Source: an uncultured cyanobacterium (GTDB lineage Bacteria; Cyanobacteriota; Cyanobacteriia; PCC-6307; Cyanobiaceae). Taken from it: DNA of 64,000 nt. The translations under genes were made by a program, and so were the position numbers. Positions 52,726-62,607 of the stretch are shown one piece after another. The stretch spans positions 128,001-192,000 of the forward strand of contig CAVONQ010000002.1 of assembly GCA_963697335.1 (NCBI GenBank), given 5' to 3'. Each line of letters begins with the position of its first letter. Positions within the stretch are counted from its first letter, which is position 1. The notes below the pieces were generated by a model. That model searched no databases, was not told the origin of the DNA, and saw only the letters and a list, made by a program, of their open reading frames with translations.

Positions 52726-53949
52726 TTGCCGGCCCGTTCCCCATCCCCGTCAGGCGGTGCCCTGGCCCCCCATGAACGGGCCCTTCCCCTGGCCAAGGGC
52801 AGTGTCTACCCCGCCAAGGAGCTCTGCAGCCAGTGCGGGCTCTGCGACAGCCGCTGGGTGGCCTATGTGCGGCAGAGCTGCGCCTTCCTCACCCAGCGCT
52901 TCGAGGCCATGGAGGCCGCCGCCCACGGCCGCAGCCGCGACCTCGACCAGGAGGACGAGCTCTACTTCGGCGTGCACCAGCGGATGCTGAGCGCTCGTCT
53001 GCGCCAGCCCCTGGAGGGGGCCCAGTGGACCGGCATCGTCAGCCGCATCGGCGTGCGCGCCCTGGAGACGGGGCTGGTGGATGCGGTGCTGTGCGTGGGC
53101 CAGAGCGAGCACGATCGCTTCACCCCCGTGCCGCTGCTGGCCCGCACCCCGGCCGAGGTGCTCGCCGCCCGGGTGAACAAGCCCACCCTTTCGCCCAACC
53201 TGGAGGTGCTGGAGCAGCTCCCAGGCAGCGGCATCCGGCGGCTGCTGGCCATCGGCGTGGGCTGCCAGATCCAGGCCCTCAGGGCCGTGCAGCCCACCCT
53301 GCCCCTCGATGCGCTCTACGTGCTGGGCCTGCCCTGCGTGGACAACGTGTCCCGCGAGGGACTGCAGACCTTCCTGGAGAGCACCGTGAGCTCGCCGCAC
53401 ACCGTGGTGCACTACGAGTTCATGCAGGACTTCCGCATCCACTTCCGCCACAGCGACGGCCGCACCGAAACCGTGCCCTTCTTCGGGCTCGACACGCCGA
53501 AGCTCAAGGATGTGTTCGCCCCCAGCTGCCTGAGCTGCTTCGACTACACCAATGCCGGTGCCGACCTGGTGGTGGGCTACATGGGAGCCAGTTTCGGGCG
53601 GCAGTGGATCACGGTGCGCAACCCCCTGGGCCAGCAGCTGCTCGACCTGGTGGAGCCGGAGCTGGACGTGGCCCCCGTGACCAGCCGCGGCGATCGCCGC
53701 GCCGCCGTGCAGCAGGGCATCGAGGCCTATGACAAGGCCGTGAAGCTGCCGCGCTGGCTCGCCGATCTGATCGGGGCGTTCGTGCAACGTTTCGGCCCCA
53801 AGGGGCTGGAATATGGCCGCTTCTCGATCGATTCCCACTTCACCCGCAACGCACTCTGGGTGCGGCGCCATCATCCTGAGAAGGCCGAGGCCCACATCCC
53901 GGCATTCGCCAAGAAGATCGTCAGTCGTTACCGGTTGCCTTCAGCGTGA
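52726..53949 (+). CDS. bciB: Ferredoxin-dependent 8-vinyl (divinyl chlorophyllide) reductase, FrhB family
   Basis: PAKELCSQCGLC, GAQWTGIV, GVGCQ, PCVDN, SCLSCFDY. Confidence 0.88.
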   Translation: MPARSPSPSGGALAPHERALPLAKGSVYPAKELCSQCGLCDSRWVAYVRQSCAFLTQRFEAMEAAAHGRSRDLDQEDELYFGVHQRMLSARLRQPLEGAQWTGIVSRIGVRALETGLVDAVLCVGQSEHDRFTPVPLLARTPAEVLAARVNKPTLSPNLEVLEQLPGSGIRRLLAIGVGCQIQALRAVQPTLPLDALYVLGLPCVDNVSREGLQTFLESTVSSPHTVVHYEFMQDFRIHFRHSDGRTETVPFFGLDTPKLKDVFAPSCLSCFDYTNAGADLVVGYMGASFGRQWITVRNPLGQQLLDLVEPELDVAPVTSRGDRRAAVQQGIEAYDKAVKLPRWLADLIGAFVQRFGPKGLEYGRFSIDSHFTRNALWVRRHHPEKAEAHIPAFAKKIVSRYRLPSA

Positions 53950-55484
53950 GTCAGGTTCCCTCCGCCGCCCGGCGCCGCTGTGGTGTGTTGCTCCATCCCA
54001 CGGCCCTGCCGGGGCCTGGCCCCTGCGGCAGCTTCGGAGCGGAGGCCCACCGCTGGATCGAACTGCTGGCCGAACACCACATCGGCCTCTGGCAGCTGTT
54101 GCCCCTGGCCCCCACGGACGCCACGGGATCGCCCTACAGCTCCCCCAGCGGCTCGGCCCTGAACCCCTGGCTCCTGGATGGGGCTCGGCTGGTGGACGAG
54201 GGCCTGCTCACGGAGGCCGATCACCAGGCGCTGCCTGGGCAGGCCAGCACTGAGCGCCTCGATCTGGAGGTGATGCCCGAGCGCTGCGCCGCCCTGGCTG
54301 CCGCCCTGGCGCGCCGCTGGCCCCAGCAGAACGCTGCCACCCAGGAGGCGTTCTCGACCTGGCGCCACAGCCAGCGCCACTGGCTGGAGGATCACTGCCG
54401 CTTCATGGTGGTGCGGCAGCAGCAGGGCGGCCGCCCCTGGTGGGAGTGGCCCGAGCCCCTGGCCCGGCGGCAGCCCGAGGCCCTGCGCCAGCTGGATCGC
54501 GACTGTGCACCAGCGCTGCTGGAGCAGGCGCTGGTGCAATGGCAGCTGCAGTGCCAGTGGCAGGCCCTGCGCCAGCGCGCCCACAGCTGCGACCTCGACC
54601 TGGTGGGCGACCTGCCCTTCTACGTGGCCCACGACAGCAACGATGTGTGGTGCCGCCCGAGGCTGTTCTCCCTGGCGGGGCAGGCCGGCGACCTCGAGCA
54701 GCAGAGTGGCGTGCCACCCGACTACTTCTCGGCCACCGGGCAGCTCTGGGGCACGCCGGTGTACCGCTGGCCCCGCCACCTGATCAGCGGCTTCCGCTGG
54801 TGGATGGCGCGGCTGGATCGCCAGTTCGAGCTGTTCGATCGTCTGCGCCTCGACCACTTCCGCGCCCTTGAGGCCTTCTGGAGCGTGCCCGGTGGTGATG
54901 CCACCGCCGAGAACGGGCGCTGGGGCTGGTCGCCGGGGGGGCTGCTGCTGAGCCTGCTGTGGCTGCGCTGCCGGATGAAGGGGCAGCTGCGCGGAGGGCA
55001 TCTTCCCCTGATCGCCGAAGACCTGGGCGTGATCACTCCGCAGGTGGAGGCCCTCAGGGATCGCTTCCGCCTGCCGGGCATGAAAATCCTGCAGTTCGCC
55101 TTCAACGGCGACGATGACAATCCCTACCTGCCCGCCAACATCCACGGCCCCGGCTGGGTGGTGTACACCGGCACCCACGACAACCCCACCACCACGGGCT
55201 GGTGGCACAGCCTCGATCACGAGGGCCGCCAGCGGGTGGAGCAGGCCCTGGGCGCGGCGGTGACCGCCCCGGCCTGGCAACTGCTGGAAGCGGCCCTGGC
55301 CAGCCCGGCCGATCTGGCCGTGGCCCCCCTGCAGGACCTGCTGGAACTCGATGACCAGGCCCGCTTCAACACCCCGGGCACCAGCTCAGGCAACTGGACC
55401 TGGAGGCTGAGGCAGCCCGTGGCCAGCCTGGCCGGACCCCTCAAGGGCCTGGGCGAGATGGCCCACCGCTATCAGCGCGCCTGA
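53946..55484 (+). CDS. malQ: 4-alpha-glucanotransferase (GH77)
   Basis: GVLLHPTALP, SPYSS, GVPPDYFSATGQLWG, RLDHFR, IAEDLG, YTGTHDN. Confidence 0.96.
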   Translation: MSQVPSAARRRCGVLLHPTALPGPGPCGSFGAEAHRWIELLAEHHIGLWQLLPLAPTDATGSPYSSPSGSALNPWLLDGARLVDEGLLTEADHQALPGQASTERLDLEVMPERCAALAAALARRWPQQNAATQEAFSTWRHSQRHWLEDHCRFMVVRQQQGGRPWWEWPEPLARRQPEALRQLDRDCAPALLEQALVQWQLQCQWQALRQRAHSCDLDLVGDLPFYVAHDSNDVWCRPRLFSLAGQAGDLEQQSGVPPDYFSATGQLWGTPVYRWPRHLISGFRWWMARLDRQFELFDRLRLDHFRALEAFWSVPGGDATAENGRWGWSPGGLLLSLLWLRCRMKGQLRGGHLPLIAEDLGVITPQVEALRDRFRLPGMKILQFAFNGDDDNPYLPANIHGPGWVVYTGTHDNPTTTGWWHSLDHEGRQRVEQALGAAVTAPAWQLLEAALASPADLAVAPLQDLLELDDQARFNTPGTSSGNWTWRLRQPVASLAGPLKGLGEMAHRYQRA

Positions 55485-56446
55485 GGCTGGAACCGGCCCG
55501 GTTCCGCCGGGCTGGCGCTGAGCGATTGACCGAGCCACCGCACGGCTCCGGGGGCGGTCGGTGCTGGCGTGATGCGCAGGGTCCAGGGGGCGCTGAGGCT
55601 GAATTCGAGCCGGCCGCTGGCGGCCTTCAGCTCGGTGCTGCCGCCGCCAGGGGTCTCGAGGCTGAGGCTGGCCGGCGCGGCCAGGGTCACCACCAGGGCG
55701 CCCTGTGGGCTGGCGGCCTGTTGCGGTGTGGAGGTGGCTAGGGCCTGCCTCCGCCAGAGATCCAGGGCCTGCCCCGCCCCTGCCTGGCGCAGCGGGCGCA
55801 GGCTGGGAACAATGGCGAGCAGGGCCTGGTCGCCGCCCCGCTGGCCGCCTTGCTCCTCCATCGGCAGGGGCGGAATCGGGCTCACGGCCAGCAGTCCCTC
55901 CTGGGCGAGTTGCTGTTGCTGCAGGTTCAGCCCATACACGAGCCCGAGGGTGAGCACGCCATAGAGCAGGGTCCCCTGCCAGGTGGTGAAGACATCGATC
56001 GAGCCCGGCGTGAAGCGGCGCAGCAGACCCTGCTGCGTCTCCTGCAGCGGCAGGCGGTCGGCCGAGGCCGGCAGCACCCCCTCCAGGCTGCCGGGCTGCA
56101 GCTCGAGATGCCGCTCGATCAGGGGCAGCATCGTGCGCAGGTAGGCGGCCTCGGGCAAGCGATCGCGCCAGCCCCGCTCCAGGGCCTCCAGCACCGGCGT
56201 GCTGATGCGGGTGTCCAGCGCCAGCTGGCGCAGGCTGAGCTGGCGTTCCTCGCGGCGCTGCCGCAGGGCACGCCCTGCCGCCACCAGGGGATCCTCCCTG
56301 GTGGCGGCAGTGGGAACGGACGCCCGCCCGCTCCGCCAGCGCCACAGCCACCGCAAGGGCCTGGGCCGTGCCGCTGGAGGCGTGGTGGAAGGGGACCGGG
56401 GCGCGGATGGCGGGCTCAGGACACGGGGGCGACCAGGACGTTCCAT
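55472..56446 (-). CDS. RodZ-like HTH membrane protein (start uncertain)
   Basis: GRALRQRREERQLSLRQLA..TRIS..LEALERG..LPE, then one TM helix. Confidence 0.8.
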   Translation of the reverse strand: MERPGRPRVLSPPSAPRSPSTTPPAARPRPLRWLWRWRSGRASVPTAATREDPLVAAGRALRQRREERQLSLRQLALDTRISTPVLEALERGWRDRLPEAAYLRTMLPLIERHLELQPGSLEGVLPASADRLPLQETQQGLLRRFTPGSIDVFTTWQGTLLYGVLTLGLVYGLNLQQQQLAQEGLLAVSPIPPLPMEEQGGQRGGDQALLAIVPSLRPLRQAGAGQALDLWRRQALATSTPQQAASPQGALVVTLAAPASLSLETPGGGSTELKAASGRLEFSLSAPWTLRITPAPTAPGAVRWLGQSLSASPAEPGRFQPQAR

Positions 56447-57144
56447 TCTCGGCGATCAAGGGCTCGCCAGCTTCCCTCCGGCAAGGCGCCAAGCCGCAGC
56501 CCTCCGATCCCGATCCGCTGCAGATCCTGCACAGGGTGCCCCAGCAGCTGGGCTGTGCGCCGGATCTGGCGGTTGCGTCCCTCGCCCATCTCCAGTTCCA
56601 GGCAGGTGCTCCTGGCGCTGCGCTGCAGCACCCGCAGGCCCACCGGCTGACTGGCCTGGCCATCGAGCGGCATGCCCGCAGCCCAGCGGGCCAGGCTGGC
56701 GCGGCTGGGGCTGCCCGCCACCTGCACCCGATAGAGCTTGCGGTGGCCATGGCGCGGATGGCTGAGCCGCAGGGTGAGGTCGCCCTGGTTGGTGAGCAGC
56801 AGGGCGCCCCGGCTGTCGGCATCGAGGCGGCCGATGGGGTGGAGGCCCCGGCCCCGCCGCAGCTCCGGTGGCAGCAGCTCGAGCACGGTGGGTCGCCCCC
56901 GGGGGTCGCTGCAACTGCACAGCACGCCCACCGGTTTGTTGAGCAGCAGCAGCAGCGGCTCGGCGGGGGGGGCGAGGGGCTCGCCATCCACCGCGACCAG
57001 ATCGCTGCTGGGATCGGCGCTGTCACCGATGCGGGCCGTGGCTCCATTCACCTGCACTCGGCCGGCGCGCAACAGGTCTTCGGCCCGGCGGCGGGAGCAG
57101 AGTCCAGCCGCCGCCATCAGTTTCTGCAAGCGCTCTCGGGCCAT
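56416..57144 (-). CDS. RsuA/RluB-family rRNA pseudouridine synthase
   Basis: S4 domain ERLQK..SRRRAE, NKPVG, GRLD, EGRNRQIRR. Confidence 0.94.
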   Translation of the reverse strand: MARERLQKLMAAAGLCSRRRAEDLLRAGRVQVNGATARIGDSADPSSDLVAVDGEPLAPPAEPLLLLLNKPVGVLCSCSDPRGRPTVLELLPPELRRGRGLHPIGRLDADSRGALLLTNQGDLTLRLSHPRHGHRKLYRVQVAGSPSRASLARWAAGMPLDGQASQPVGLRVLQRSARSTCLELEMGEGRNRQIRRTAQLLGHPVQDLQRIGIGGLRLGALPEGSWRALDRREWNVLVAPVS

Positions 57145-57186
57145 GGACCCATGCTGCAGGAGGCCGGGAAAAGGATGGTAAGTTTA

Positions 57187-57204
57187 CGAAACAGAACTGT
57201 TTCG
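57187..57204. promoter_or_regulatory. Perfect 8-bp inverted repeat in a divergent promoter
   Basis: CGAAACAG-AA-CTGTTTCG. Confidence 0.6.
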
Positions 57205-57216
57205 CAATTCTCTCCC

Positions 57217-58221
57217 ATGCCTTCCCTGCCCGTGGCCGCTGCCGATGGGTCTGTTCAGCCGGGTGGCGCCGACCTGGTGCGCAGCTACCTGCGTGACATC
57301 GGCCGGGTGCCGTTGCTGAGCCATGAGCAGGAGATCACCCTGGGCCGCCAGGTGCAGGAGCTGATGGCTCTGGAGGAGATTGAGCAGGAGCTGACGATGC
57401 GTGCCGGCGGCACGGCGCCGGAGCAGGTGGAGCTGGCGTCGGCGGCGGGCCTGAGCGTGCCGGTGCTGAAGAAGCGTCTGCAGGCGGGCCGTCGGGCGAA
57501 GGAGCGGATGGTGGCGGCGAACCTGCGGCTGGTGGTGAGCGTGGCGAAGAAGTACACCAAGCGGAACATGGAACTGCTGGACCTGATCCAGGAGGGCACG
57601 ATCGGCCTGGTGCGGGGTGTGGAGAAGTTCGACCCGACGCGGGGCTACAAGTTCAGTACGTATGCGTACTGGTGGATCCGCCAGGGGATCACGCGGGCGA
57701 TCGCGGAGAAGAGCCGCACGATCCGGCTGCCGATCCATATCACCGAAACACTGAACAAGCTGAAGAAGGGCCAGCGGGAACTGAGCCAGGAGCTGGGCCG
57801 CACGCCCACGGTGAGCGAGCTGGCGGTGTTTGTGGAGCTGCCGGAGGAGGAGGTGAAGGATCTGCTGTGCCGGGCGCGGCAGCCGGTGAGTCTGGAGACG
57901 AAGGTGGGGGATGGCGAGGACACGGAGCTGCTGGACCTGCTGGCCGGGGACGGTGAGCTGCCGGAGGACCGGGTGGACGGGGAGTGCCTGAAGGGGGACC
58001 TGCGGGCGCTGCTGGAGCAGCTGCCGGAACTGCAGGGGCGGGTGCTGAAGATGCGCTACGGCATCGATCCCGAGGGCCAGGGCCTGGGCGAGCCGATGAG
58101 CCTCAGCTCGATCGCCAAGAACCTCGGCATGAGCCGCGACAAGACCCGCAATCTCGAGCGCAAGGCACTCGAGGGGATTCGCTCCCAGTCGCGTCGCCTC
58201 GAGGGCTATCTGGTGGCCTGA
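57217..58221 (+). CDS. Group 2 sigma-70 factor (RpoD-like)
   Basis: [47 protein letters not shown]; no region 1.1. Confidence 0.95.
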   Translation: MPSLPVAAADGSVQPGGADLVRSYLRDIGRVPLLSHEQEITLGRQVQELMALEEIEQELTMRAGGTAPEQVELASAAGLSVPVLKKRLQAGRRAKERMVAANLRLVVSVAKKYTKRNMELLDLIQEGTIGLVRGVEKFDPTRGYKFSTYAYWWIRQGITRAIAEKSRTIRLPIHITETLNKLKKGQRELSQELGRTPTVSELAVFVELPEEEVKDLLCRARQPVSLETKVGDGEDTELLDLLAGDGELPEDRVDGECLKGDLRALLEQLPELQGRVLKMRYGIDPEGQGLGEPMSLSSIAKNLGMSRDKTRNLERKALEGIRSQSRRLEGYLVA

Positions 58222-58226
58222 GAGGC

Positions 58227-58652
58227 CTAGAAGAACTGGTCGAAGTTGTCGAAGTCAACGGCGCTGAAGGTGCCGTTCTCCACCTGCTCCATCAGCCGCT
58301 CCAGCTGGGCCCAGAGGGCCCCCGCAGTGCCGATCGAGAGCACGAAGGACACCAGCAGGGCCGCCCCCGAGGCGAAGCCGAACACCTGCAGGGCCCCGCC
58401 GATGAACAGGGTGACCCCCACCACGATGCCGATGTAGGGGAGGGTGGTGCCGCCGTTGCTGAGGGGCAGCAGGGGCAGACGATCCTGCTTCCACCCCTCC
58501 AGCCGGTTCTGAACCATCTTGGCGAAGGTGAGGCCGCAGAGCACGCTGATGGCCAGCCCCAGCCCCGACACCAGGTAGGGCGGCTGGATGAAGGTGCCGT
58601 ACTCAATCAGGATCTCGCTGGCGTCGAGGTCGAGCGGGGCGTTGTCGATCAC
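58227..58652 (-). CDS. Conserved hypothetical membrane protein
   Basis: QPPY followed by about three TM helices. Confidence 0.7.
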   Translation of the reverse strand: MIDNAPLDLDASEILIEYGTFIQPPYLVSGLGLAISVLCGLTFAKMVQNRLEGWKQDRLPLLPLSNGGTTLPYIGIVVGVTLFIGGALQVFGFASGAALLVSFVLSIGTAGALWAQLERLMEQVENGTFSAVDFDNFDQFF

Positions 58653-58679
58653 GGCGCGCGGTCGGGTCGGAGGGTGACC

Positions 58680-60350
58680 CTAGGCGGCGGCCAGGGGGTT
58701 GAGCCGCGCCAGCAGCGTGCCCGCCAGCTTGCGGGCGTTGAAGGTGCGCCGCAACAGGCCCATCAGGGCGCGCAGGTCGTCGGCGTTGAGACGGTCGTCG
58801 CGCACCAGGGTGAGCAGCAGCCTCTGGCGCAGGCTGGCGCCATCGGGACCCAGCAGCAGCTTCAGCCCTGAGCCCATCACCGGCAGCAGGTCAGCCCTGG
58901 GACCGTCGTTCTCCAGCACCGCCAGCAGGCTCTCGAGCCGTTCGATCTGCAGCCGGCCCTCCCGGTCGAACAGCACGTCAAGCAGCTTCTCGCGCATCTC
59001 GGCGGTGTCGCCCGCCAGCAGACGACGGGCCACGTAGGGGTAGGCCACGCGGATGATCTTGAAGTCGGGGTCGAGCCGCAGCGCCAGCCCCTCCTGGCTC
59101 ACCACGGCGCGGATGATCAGCGCGAAGCGCACCGGCACCCGGAACGGGTAGTCGAACACCAGCTCGGAAAAGCGGTCGGTGACCGCCTTGAAGTTGAAGT
59201 TGCCGACGTTCTCGCCCAGGGTGCCGCCCAGCACCTCCTCCAGGGCCGGAATGATCGGTTCGAGGTCGGTGTCGGGGCTGAGGAAGCCCAGGGCCACGAA
59301 GTCGCTGGCCAGGGCCCGGAAATCGCGGTTGATCAGATGCACCACCGCCCCGGTGAGGGTGAGCCGGTCGGCATCGGAAATCGAATCCATCATGCCGAAA
59401 TCCACGTAGGCCACATGGCCCAGCTGGCCGGTGCGCCCCGGCAGGGCGAACAGGTTGCCGGGGTGGGGATCGGCGTGGAAATAGCCGAACTCCAGCAGTT
59501 GCTGCAGCCCCGCCATCACCCCGGTGCGGATCAGGGCGGTGGGGTCGAGATGGCGCGCTTCCAGCACCTGGCGCTCCTGCAGCTTGGTGCCATGGATCCA
59601 GCTGGTGGTGAGCACCCGCCGGGCACTCAGCTGGCGCTCCACGTGGGGCACGGTCACCTCGGGATGGGCGCTGAACAGGCGGGCGAAGCGCTCGGCGTTG
59701 TCGGCCTCCTTGTAGTAGTCGATCTCGTCGAAGAGGGTCTGGCCGAACTCGTCGATGATGGCGTCGAGCCCGAAGCCCAGGTTGAGGGGCAACAGCGGCG
59801 CACTGAGCACCGCCAACATGCGGATGATCACCAGGTCGCGGCGCAGGATCTGGGGCAGGTCGGGCCGCTGCACCTTCACGGCCACCCAGTGGCCGTCGTG
59901 CATCTGGGCCTTGTAGACCTGCCCCAGGCTGGCGGCGGCAATGGGGTAGTCGGGGAACAGGGCAAACAGCTCCTGGGCCGGTGCCCCCAGCTCCGTCTCG
60001 ATCGTGAGCAGGGCCACCTCCTGGGGGAAGGGGGGCAGGTTGTCCTGAAGCTGGGTGAGCTGCTCGAGCCAGTCGCGCCGCACCAGGTCGGGGCGGGTGG
60101 AGAGGGCCTGCCCCACCTTGATGAAACAGGGGCCGAGGCTGGTGAGGGTGGCGAGGATGCGCTTGCCGAGCCGCTGCTGCACGGCCCGATCGCTGCTGCC
60201 GGCATGCACCACCAGCACCAGGGCCAGGCTGATCAGCTGCCACAGCACCGAGCTGAGCCGGCTGAGGAAGAGCCACGGCCGCCCCAGCAACCAACGCCGA
60301 TCAGCCTTGGGGTCGTAGGCCGGCGGGGCGGTGCTCGCTGCGGCGGTCAA
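58680..60350 (-). CDS. ABC1/AarF/UbiB atypical kinase
   Basis: FIKVGQALSTRPD, AAASLGQVY, VAVKVQRP, FHADPHPGN, DFG. Confidence 0.94.
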   Translation of the reverse strand: MTAAASTAPPAYDPKADRRWLLGRPWLFLSRLSSVLWQLISLALVLVVHAGSSDRAVQQRLGKRILATLTSLGPCFIKVGQALSTRPDLVRRDWLEQLTQLQDNLPPFPQEVALLTIETELGAPAQELFALFPDYPIAAASLGQVYKAQMHDGHWVAVKVQRPDLPQILRRDLVIIRMLAVLSAPLLPLNLGFGLDAIIDEFGQTLFDEIDYYKEADNAERFARLFSAHPEVTVPHVERQLSARRVLTTSWIHGTKLQERQVLEARHLDPTALIRTGVMAGLQQLLEFGYFHADPHPGNLFALPGRTGQLGHVAYVDFGMMDSISDADRLTLTGAVVHLINRDFRALASDFVALGFLSPDTDLEPIIPALEEVLGGTLGENVGNFNFKAVTDRFSELVFDYPFRVPVRFALIIRAVVSQEGLALRLDPDFKIIRVAYPYVARRLLAGDTAEMREKLLDVLFDREGRLQIERLESLLAVLENDGPRADLLPVMGSGLKLLLGPDGASLRQRLLLTLVRDDRLNADDLRALMGLLRRTFNARKLAGTLLARLNPLAAA

Positions 60351-60562
60351 GGGCGCGATGGGGTGAGTGGACTGACTCTAGAAAGTCCGGCAGGGCCGAC
60401 CGCGCGGGGGACGACCGCCCTGAACCCGCCCGCCCTGAAGCCACTCCCCCTGACGCCGACCCGGCGGGAGTCCCCAGCCCAGGAGCGGCCAGACTCCTGA
60501 CTCCGTGCCAGAGCGCTGCCGGGCCTGTCTGCGCAGCCGCATCCCTGGCCCTCGCCCTGCCG

Positions 60563-61918
60563 GTGTTGCTCCCCCCCGCTGATCCCGATCTCCTGGCCCT
60601 GCACCTGCCCGCCCATGGGCGCGGCCGGGGTCTGGCGCCGCAACTGGCCCGGTTGCTGCGCCGCCGGCCCGGCAGCTGGGATCTGCCCGAGCTGCCGGGT
60701 TTCGGTGGTCCCCTGGAGCCGGAGGGCGCCGTGGCGGAGGAGCAGCGCCAGTGCGCGGTGCTGCTGGGGGCTGAGCACTGCTGGTTCGGGGTGAACGGGG
60801 CCAGTGGACTGCTGCAGGTGGCCCTGCTGGCCCTGGCGGCCCCCGGCAGCCGGGTGCTGCTGCCCCGCAACCTGCACCGCTCGCTGCTGCATGCCTGCGT
60901 GCTTGGTCAGCTGGAGCCGGTGCTCTACAGCCTGCCCTTCGATCCCGCCACTGGCCTGTGGCTGCCCCCCACCCCCCAGCTGCTGGAGCAGGCGCTGGCG
61001 GCAGCCCGAGCGGGCAGCCCCCTGGCGGCGGTGGCGGTGGTGTCCCCCACCTACCAGGGGCTGGCGGCCGACCTGCCGGCCCTGGTGGCGGTGGCCCACG
61101 CCGCCGGCCTGCCGCTGCTGGTGGACCAGGCCCATGGCGCCGGTGAGGCCGTGGCCGCCGGGGCCGATCTGGTGGTGCTTTCCTGCCAGAAGAGCGGCGG
61201 CGGGCTGGCCCAGAGTGCCGTGCTGCTGGCCCAGGGCGAGCGCTGCGCCGTGGAGGCGATCGAGCGGGCCCTGCTCTGGCTGCAGACCTCCAGCCCCAGC
61301 GCCCTGCTCTTGGCCTCGGCTGCGGCCAGCCTGCGCCATGGCCGCAGCGCCGCCGGCCTGGCCCAAAGACATCGAGCCCTGGCGCAGGCCCGGCGCCTGC
61401 GGCGGCGCTGTCGTGGCCTGGATCTGCCGCTGCTCAGCAGCCAGGACCCACTGCGGCTGGTGCTGCCCACGGCGGCGATGGGCATCAACGGGGTGGAGGC
61501 CGATGCCTGGCTGCTGCAGCGGGGCGTGATCGCGGAGCTGGCGGAGCCCGGCAGCCTCACCTTCTGCCTGGGGGTGGTGCCTCCGGCCGGGGTGGTGCGG
61601 CGGTTGCCGGGGGTGCTGGCCGGCCTGCGCCAGGCCCTCGGCGGTCCGCCGCTGCCGCCCTTCAGCCCGCCTCCCCTGGCGGCGGTGGCACAACCGGAGA
61701 TGCCTGTGGCCGTGGCCTGGCGGGCCGCCGCAGAGCCCGTGCCCCTGGCGGCGGCGGCGGGCCGGATCGCCGCGGAGCCCCTCTGCCCCTATCCCCCCGG
61801 GATTCCTCTGCTGATCCCGGGGGAGCGAATCGATCCGGCCCGGGCCCACTGGCTGCAGCGGCAACGGCAGCTCTGGCCTGGCCTCATCGCTGATACGGTG
61901 AGGGTTGTGGTGGGCTGA
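60563..61918 (+). CDS. PLP-dependent Orn/Lys/Arg decarboxylase family protein
   Basis: HLPAH, DLPELP, VNGAS, PRNLHRS, SPTYQG, DQAHG, SCQK, YPPGIP. Confidence 0.88.
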   Translation: MLLPPADPDLLALHLPAHGRGRGLAPQLARLLRRRPGSWDLPELPGFGGPLEPEGAVAEEQRQCAVLLGAEHCWFGVNGASGLLQVALLALAAPGSRVLLPRNLHRSLLHACVLGQLEPVLYSLPFDPATGLWLPPTPQLLEQALAAARAGSPLAAVAVVSPTYQGLAADLPALVAVAHAAGLPLLVDQAHGAGEAVAAGADLVVLSCQKSGGGLAQSAVLLAQGERCAVEAIERALLWLQTSSPSALLLASAAASLRHGRSAAGLAQRHRALAQARRLRRRCRGLDLPLLSSQDPLRLVLPTAAMGINGVEADAWLLQRGVIAELAEPGSLTFCLGVVPPAGVVRRLPGVLAGLRQALGGPPLPPFSPPPLAAVAQPEMPVAVAWRAAAEPVPLAAAAGRIAAEPLCPYPPGIPLLIPGERIDPARAHWLQRQRQLWPGLIADTVRVVVG

Positions 61919-61977
61919 CGCGGGATCTCCAGCGGCGTGCCACGCCCCCTGTATTGCGCGCTCCACAGGCCTCGCCG

Positions 61978-62607
61978 GTGATCGACGACCCCACTGCAGC
62001 GTCCCCGACGCCTCCCTATCAGTGGGATTTCGTCACCCCCGGCCTGCCCGATGGCGTCTTTGATGCGGCCCCGGGCTTCAGCCCCACACCGATGGAGCTG
62101 CGGGTGATGCTGCTGGCTCACCTGCGGCCGCGGGCCGATTCCCTGGTGTGGGATGTCGGCGGCGGCACCGGCGCCCTGGCTCTGGAGATCGCCCGGCTGA
62201 TGCCCCGGGGCCAGGTGCACACCCTCGAGCGTGACCCGGAGGCCATTGCCCTGCTGGAGCAGAACCGCCAGCGGCTCGGCATCGTCAACCTCCACATCCA
62301 CCCCGGCGCGGCCCCCGACGACCTGGCCACCCTGCCCCCCGCCCCCGACCGGGTGGTGCTGGAGGTGGGCCGGCCCCTCGGCGATGTGCTGCGGGTGGTG
62401 TGGGACGCGCTGCAGCCGGCGGGACGGCTGGTGATCAGCACCGCCAGCCTGGAGGGTCTGGTGGATGCCACCGACACCCTCGGGCAGCTCGCCGCCCGCG
62501 ATGTGCAGGTGGTGCAGGCCACCGTGCACCGCATGCAGCGCCGCGGCAGCCAGGCCAAGCTGGCCGCGGCTGAGCCCCTGTTCCTGATCGCGGCAGAGCG
62601 GCCGTGA
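61978..62607 (+). CDS. cbiT: Precorrin-6B C15-methyltransferase (decarboxylating)
   Basis: TPGLPD, WDVGGGTG SAM motif, PDRVVLE. Confidence 0.9.
   Translation: MIDDPTAASPTPPYQWDFVTPGLPDGVFDAAPGFSPTPMELRVMLLAHLRPRADSLVWDVGGGTGALALEIARLMPRGQVHTLERDPEAIALLEQNRQRLGIVNLHIHPGAAPDDLATLPPAPDRVVLEVGRPLGDVLRVVWDALQPAGRLVISTASLEGLVDATDTLGQLAARDVQVVQATVHRMQRRGSQAKLAAAEPLFLIAAERP

Noticed and set aside
60414..60458. Three imperfect 15-nt repeats (CCCTGA core) as a CRISPR or mobile repeat
   Set aside because: Too short and degenerate, no spacers, no cas genes
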